A model generated the notes under the pieces. It did no database searches. It worked only from the letters and a program-made list of their open reading frames with translations, and had not been told where the DNA came from. Both the position numbers and the translations under genes were made by a program. This document shows positions 61,091-64,000 of a DNA stretch of 64,000 bases, one piece after another; position 1 is the stretch's first letter; the number at the start of each line of letters is the position of its first letter. This DNA is from an uncultured bacterium (lineage in GTDB: Bacteria > Bacteroidota > Ignavibacteria > UBA10030 > BY39): NCBI GenBank assembly GCA_937967455.1, contig CALCJK010000009.1, positions 49,116-113,115 on the forward strand, read 5' to 3'.

Positions 61091-62394
61091 TTTCTAGATA
61101 TACAAGACCTGAAATGGGAAATATTTGGTCGGATGAAAACAAGTTCCGACTTTTTTTAGAAATTGAAATTTTAGCTTGTGAAGCACAGGCGAAGTTGGGT
61201 AATATTCCACTGGATTCTCTGGAAAAAATCAAACAGAAAGCAAGTTTTAATTTGAAACGTATTCACGAAATTGAAAATGTTGTAAAACATGATGTAATCG
61301 CATTCCTTACAAATGTAGGTGAATATGTTGGTGAAGAATCAAGGTATATTCACCTCGGAATGACATCTTCAGATATCTTAGATACAGGTCTTTCACTCCA
61401 GATGAAGCAATCGGCTGAGATAATTATAAAAGATCTCGAAAAATTAAGAGATGTTTTAGTAAAGCGTGCGAAAGAGTTTAGGTATTCAATAATGATTGGT
61501 CGTACACATGGCGTTCATGCTGAACCTATAACTTTTGGCTTAAAACTCGCACTCTGGTATGATGAGATATTAAGAGATATAGAACGTATTCAGAATACTT
61601 TGAAAAATATATCTGTAGGTAAAATTTCAGGTGCTGTAGGTACATATGAACATATTGATCCATATATCGAAGAATATGTTTGTGAAAAACTTGGATTAAA
61701 ACCTGTAAAAACTTCAACTCAAATTATTCAAAGGGATTTACACGCCGAATTTTTATCAGTTCTTGCGATTATTGCTTGTTCAATTGAAAAATTTGCCACT
61801 GAGATTCGACATCTTCAAAAAACAGAGGTACTTGAAGTTGAGGAATATTTTTCTCCAGGTCAAAAAGGTTCCTCGGCAATGCCACACAAACGTAATCCAA
61901 TAACTTGTGAAAGAATATCAGGTTTGGCAAGAGTAATTAGGGCAAATGCACAAGCAGCTTTTGAAAATATTGCACTGTGGCATGAAAGGGATATATCCCA
62001 TTCCTCAGTTGAAAGAATTATCATTCCTGATAGTTGTATTTTGTTGGATTATATGATCACAACATTCACCGAGATTCTAGAAAAATTAGTTGTTTATCCT
62101 GAAAATATGGAAAAAAATCTGAAAATGACAGGTGGTTTAATTTTTTCACAAGAATTGATGCTTGCACTTACATTAAAAGGAATGAAACGCGAGGATGCTT
62201 ATGCATTAGTACAAAAATATTCTATGGAAGCTTGGAAAGAAAGAATATCAGGTTCTGAAAATCTATTTATGCAGAAAATAATGAATGACCCAGATGTGAA
62301 AAAATATTTAAACGAAGTCGAAATTGAAAAAATTTTCGATTACAATAGATGTATAAAAAAAGTAGATTACATATTTAATAAACTAGGAATCTAA
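61087..62394 (+). CDS. purB: Adenylosuccinate lyase
   Basis: MISRY, GRTHGVHAEP, GSSAMPHKRNP. Confidence 0.97.
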   Translation: MISRYTRPEMGNIWSDENKFRLFLEIEILACEAQAKLGNIPLDSLEKIKQKASFNLKRIHEIENVVKHDVIAFLTNVGEYVGEESRYIHLGMTSSDILDTGLSLQMKQSAEIIIKDLEKLRDVLVKRAKEFRYSIMIGRTHGVHAEPITFGLKLALWYDEILRDIERIQNTLKNISVGKISGAVGTYEHIDPYIEEYVCEKLGLKPVKTSTQIIQRDLHAEFLSVLAIIACSIEKFATEIRHLQKTEVLEVEEYFSPGQKGSSAMPHKRNPITCERISGLARVIRANAQAAFENIALWHERDISHSSVERIIIPDSCILLDYMITTFTEILEKLVVYPENMEKNLKMTGGLIFSQELMLALTLKGMKREDAYALVQKYSMEAWKERISGSENLFMQKIMNDPDVKKYLNEVEIEKIFDYNRCIKKVDYIFNKLGI

Positions 62395-62409
62395 AAAGGA
62401 GAAATTCAT

Positions 62410-63894
62410 ATGGCAAAAAAATATCAGAATTTTATTAATGGGAAATGGGTAGATGCTAAATCAGGTAAAACATTTGAAAATAGAAATCCTGCAAATTGGG
62501 ATGAGTTAATTGGTACCTTCCCAAAATCAGGTATTGAAGATGTAAATGAAGCTGTTGCTGCAGCAAGAAAAGCTTTTGAAAAGTGGCGACTTGTACCTGC
62601 ACCCAAAAGAGGTGAAATTATGAAAAAAGTTGGGGATATTCTTGTTGCTCGCAAAGAAGAAATTGCTACACTTATGACTCGAGAAATGGGCAAGGTATTG
62701 ATGGAAACTCGTGGTGATGTGCAGGAAGGAATTGATACAGCTTATTACGCGGCTTCAGAAACAAGAAGACTTTTTGGGCACACCGTTCCATCTGAATTAC
62801 CTAATAAATTCAATATGTCGATTAGAATACCAATTGGAGTGGCTGGTGTAATTACACCATGGAATTTTCCAATGGCAATTCCAACCTGGAAAATTTTCCC
62901 AGCAATAGTTTGTGGTAACACGGTTGTATTCAAACCGGCTTCTGATACACCTGCAACTGCTACACTGTTGGTAGAAATTTTAGCAGAAGCAGGTGTACCT
63001 GAGGGTGTAGTTAATATTGTACATGGAGGTGGTGGTGAAGTTGGAATGGGAATTGTCAACCATCCAGATGTTGATTTGGTAAGTTTTACCGGTGGAACAG
63101 ATGTTGGAATAAAAATATCCGAGGCTGCTGCAAAGACATTAAAACGTGTATCACTCGAGTTAGGTGGTAAAAACGCAGTTATAATAATGGATGATGCTGA
63201 TTTAGATCTTGCACTTGAAGGTGTAATCTGGGGCGCATTTGGTACAACAGGTCAAAGATGTACTGCAACAAGTAGATTGTTACTTCAAGAGAAAATTTAT
63301 GATAAATTTATGGATATGTTGGTTAAGAAAACAAAGAGTTTAAAATTAGGTAATGGGCTTTATCCTGAAACTCAAGTTGGTCCATGTGTAAATGAAGGAC
63401 AAAGAAAATCGGTTCATAGCTATGTTGAAATTGGATTAAGTGAAGGCGCAAAACTTGTGTGTGGTGGGAAATTTGCCACTGATGGAGAATTGAGTAAAGG
63501 ATGGTTTTATGAACCAACTATTTTCGAAAATGTTAATCCAAATATGAAAATTGCTCAGGAAGAAATATTCGGTCCTGTTCTCTCTGTAATTAGGTTTAAA
63601 AATCTGGAAGAAGCAATAGATATAGTAAACGGAACAATTTATGGGTTATCTTCTTCGATTTATACGAGAAATGTCAATGATGCATTTTTGGCAATTCGTG
63701 ATATAAAAGCAGGCATAACTTATATTAATGCTCCAACAATTGGAGCTGAAGCACATATGCCATTTGGCGGGGTCAAGAAAACAGGTAATGGTCACCGTGA
63801 AGGCGGTTGGACTGTTTATGATTTTTATACTGAATGGAAAACTGTATATGTAGATTATAGTGGTCGCCTCCAAAAAGCTCAGATAGATACATAA
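62410..63894 (+). CDS. Aldehyde dehydrogenase family protein
   Basis: TPWNFP, LELGGKN, GQRCTA, EEIFGP. Confidence 0.95.
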   Translation: MAKKYQNFINGKWVDAKSGKTFENRNPANWDELIGTFPKSGIEDVNEAVAAARKAFEKWRLVPAPKRGEIMKKVGDILVARKEEIATLMTREMGKVLMETRGDVQEGIDTAYYAASETRRLFGHTVPSELPNKFNMSIRIPIGVAGVITPWNFPMAIPTWKIFPAIVCGNTVVFKPASDTPATATLLVEILAEAGVPEGVVNIVHGGGGEVGMGIVNHPDVDLVSFTGGTDVGIKISEAAAKTLKRVSLELGGKNAVIIMDDADLDLALEGVIWGAFGTTGQRCTATSRLLLQEKIYDKFMDMLVKKTKSLKLGNGLYPETQVGPCVNEGQRKSVHSYVEIGLSEGAKLVCGGKFATDGELSKGWFYEPTIFENVNPNMKIAQEEIFGPVLSVIRFKNLEEAIDIVNGTIYGLSSSIYTRNVNDAFLAIRDIKAGITYINAPTIGAEAHMPFGGVKKTGNGHREGGWTVYDFYTEWKTVYVDYSGRLQKAQIDT

Positions 63895-63920
63895 TAACGT
63901 CAAATTCTTTTTTCAGAAAG

Positions 63921-63954
63921 GCCGATTCTCCTTATAGAATCGGCTTTTTGTTTT
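63921..63954 (+). terminator. Intrinsic terminator
   Basis: GCCGATTCT/AGAATCGGC plus T-tract. Confidence 0.82.
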
Positions 63955-64000
63955 GATTTTGTAAGGTTTAGGATATTTTTGTTTTTCTCACAAAATTTTC

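Overview
AT-rich chromosomal window, mostly housekeeping, most likely from an Ignavibacteria/Chlorobi-like FCB-group bacterium (inferred from an NYPNPFNP-type T9SS C-terminal domain plus E. coli-style TTGnnn-17-TAnnnT promoters). It carries gap-pgk, ispG, ychF, a fur-feoA-feoB operon, a lipoate/2-oxoacid dehydrogenase operon with two different E1 enzymes, rplM-rpsI-rpsB-tsf-pyrH-frr, polA, an accessory stretch (Rrf2 regulator, YccM/NapH-like membrane polyferredoxin, decayed ferredoxin, octaheme HAO-family cytochrome, pstSCAB-phoU), tRNA-Asp, purN-purH, mreBCD-mrdA-rodA-lonC-HDAC-divergent class III cyclase, split transketolase, htrA, purB and an aldehyde dehydrogenase. I found no integrase, transposase, CRISPR array or recognisable defence system. 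Best leads: a GC-rich three-way-junction RNA candidate between ychF and sufT, an Rrf2-controlled octaheme/polyferredoxin module with paired operators, a class III cyclase with rewired catalytic residues, a hairpin array beside an orphan T9SS CTD, and unannotated small ORFs. All calls come from reading motifs by eye; no database searches were run.
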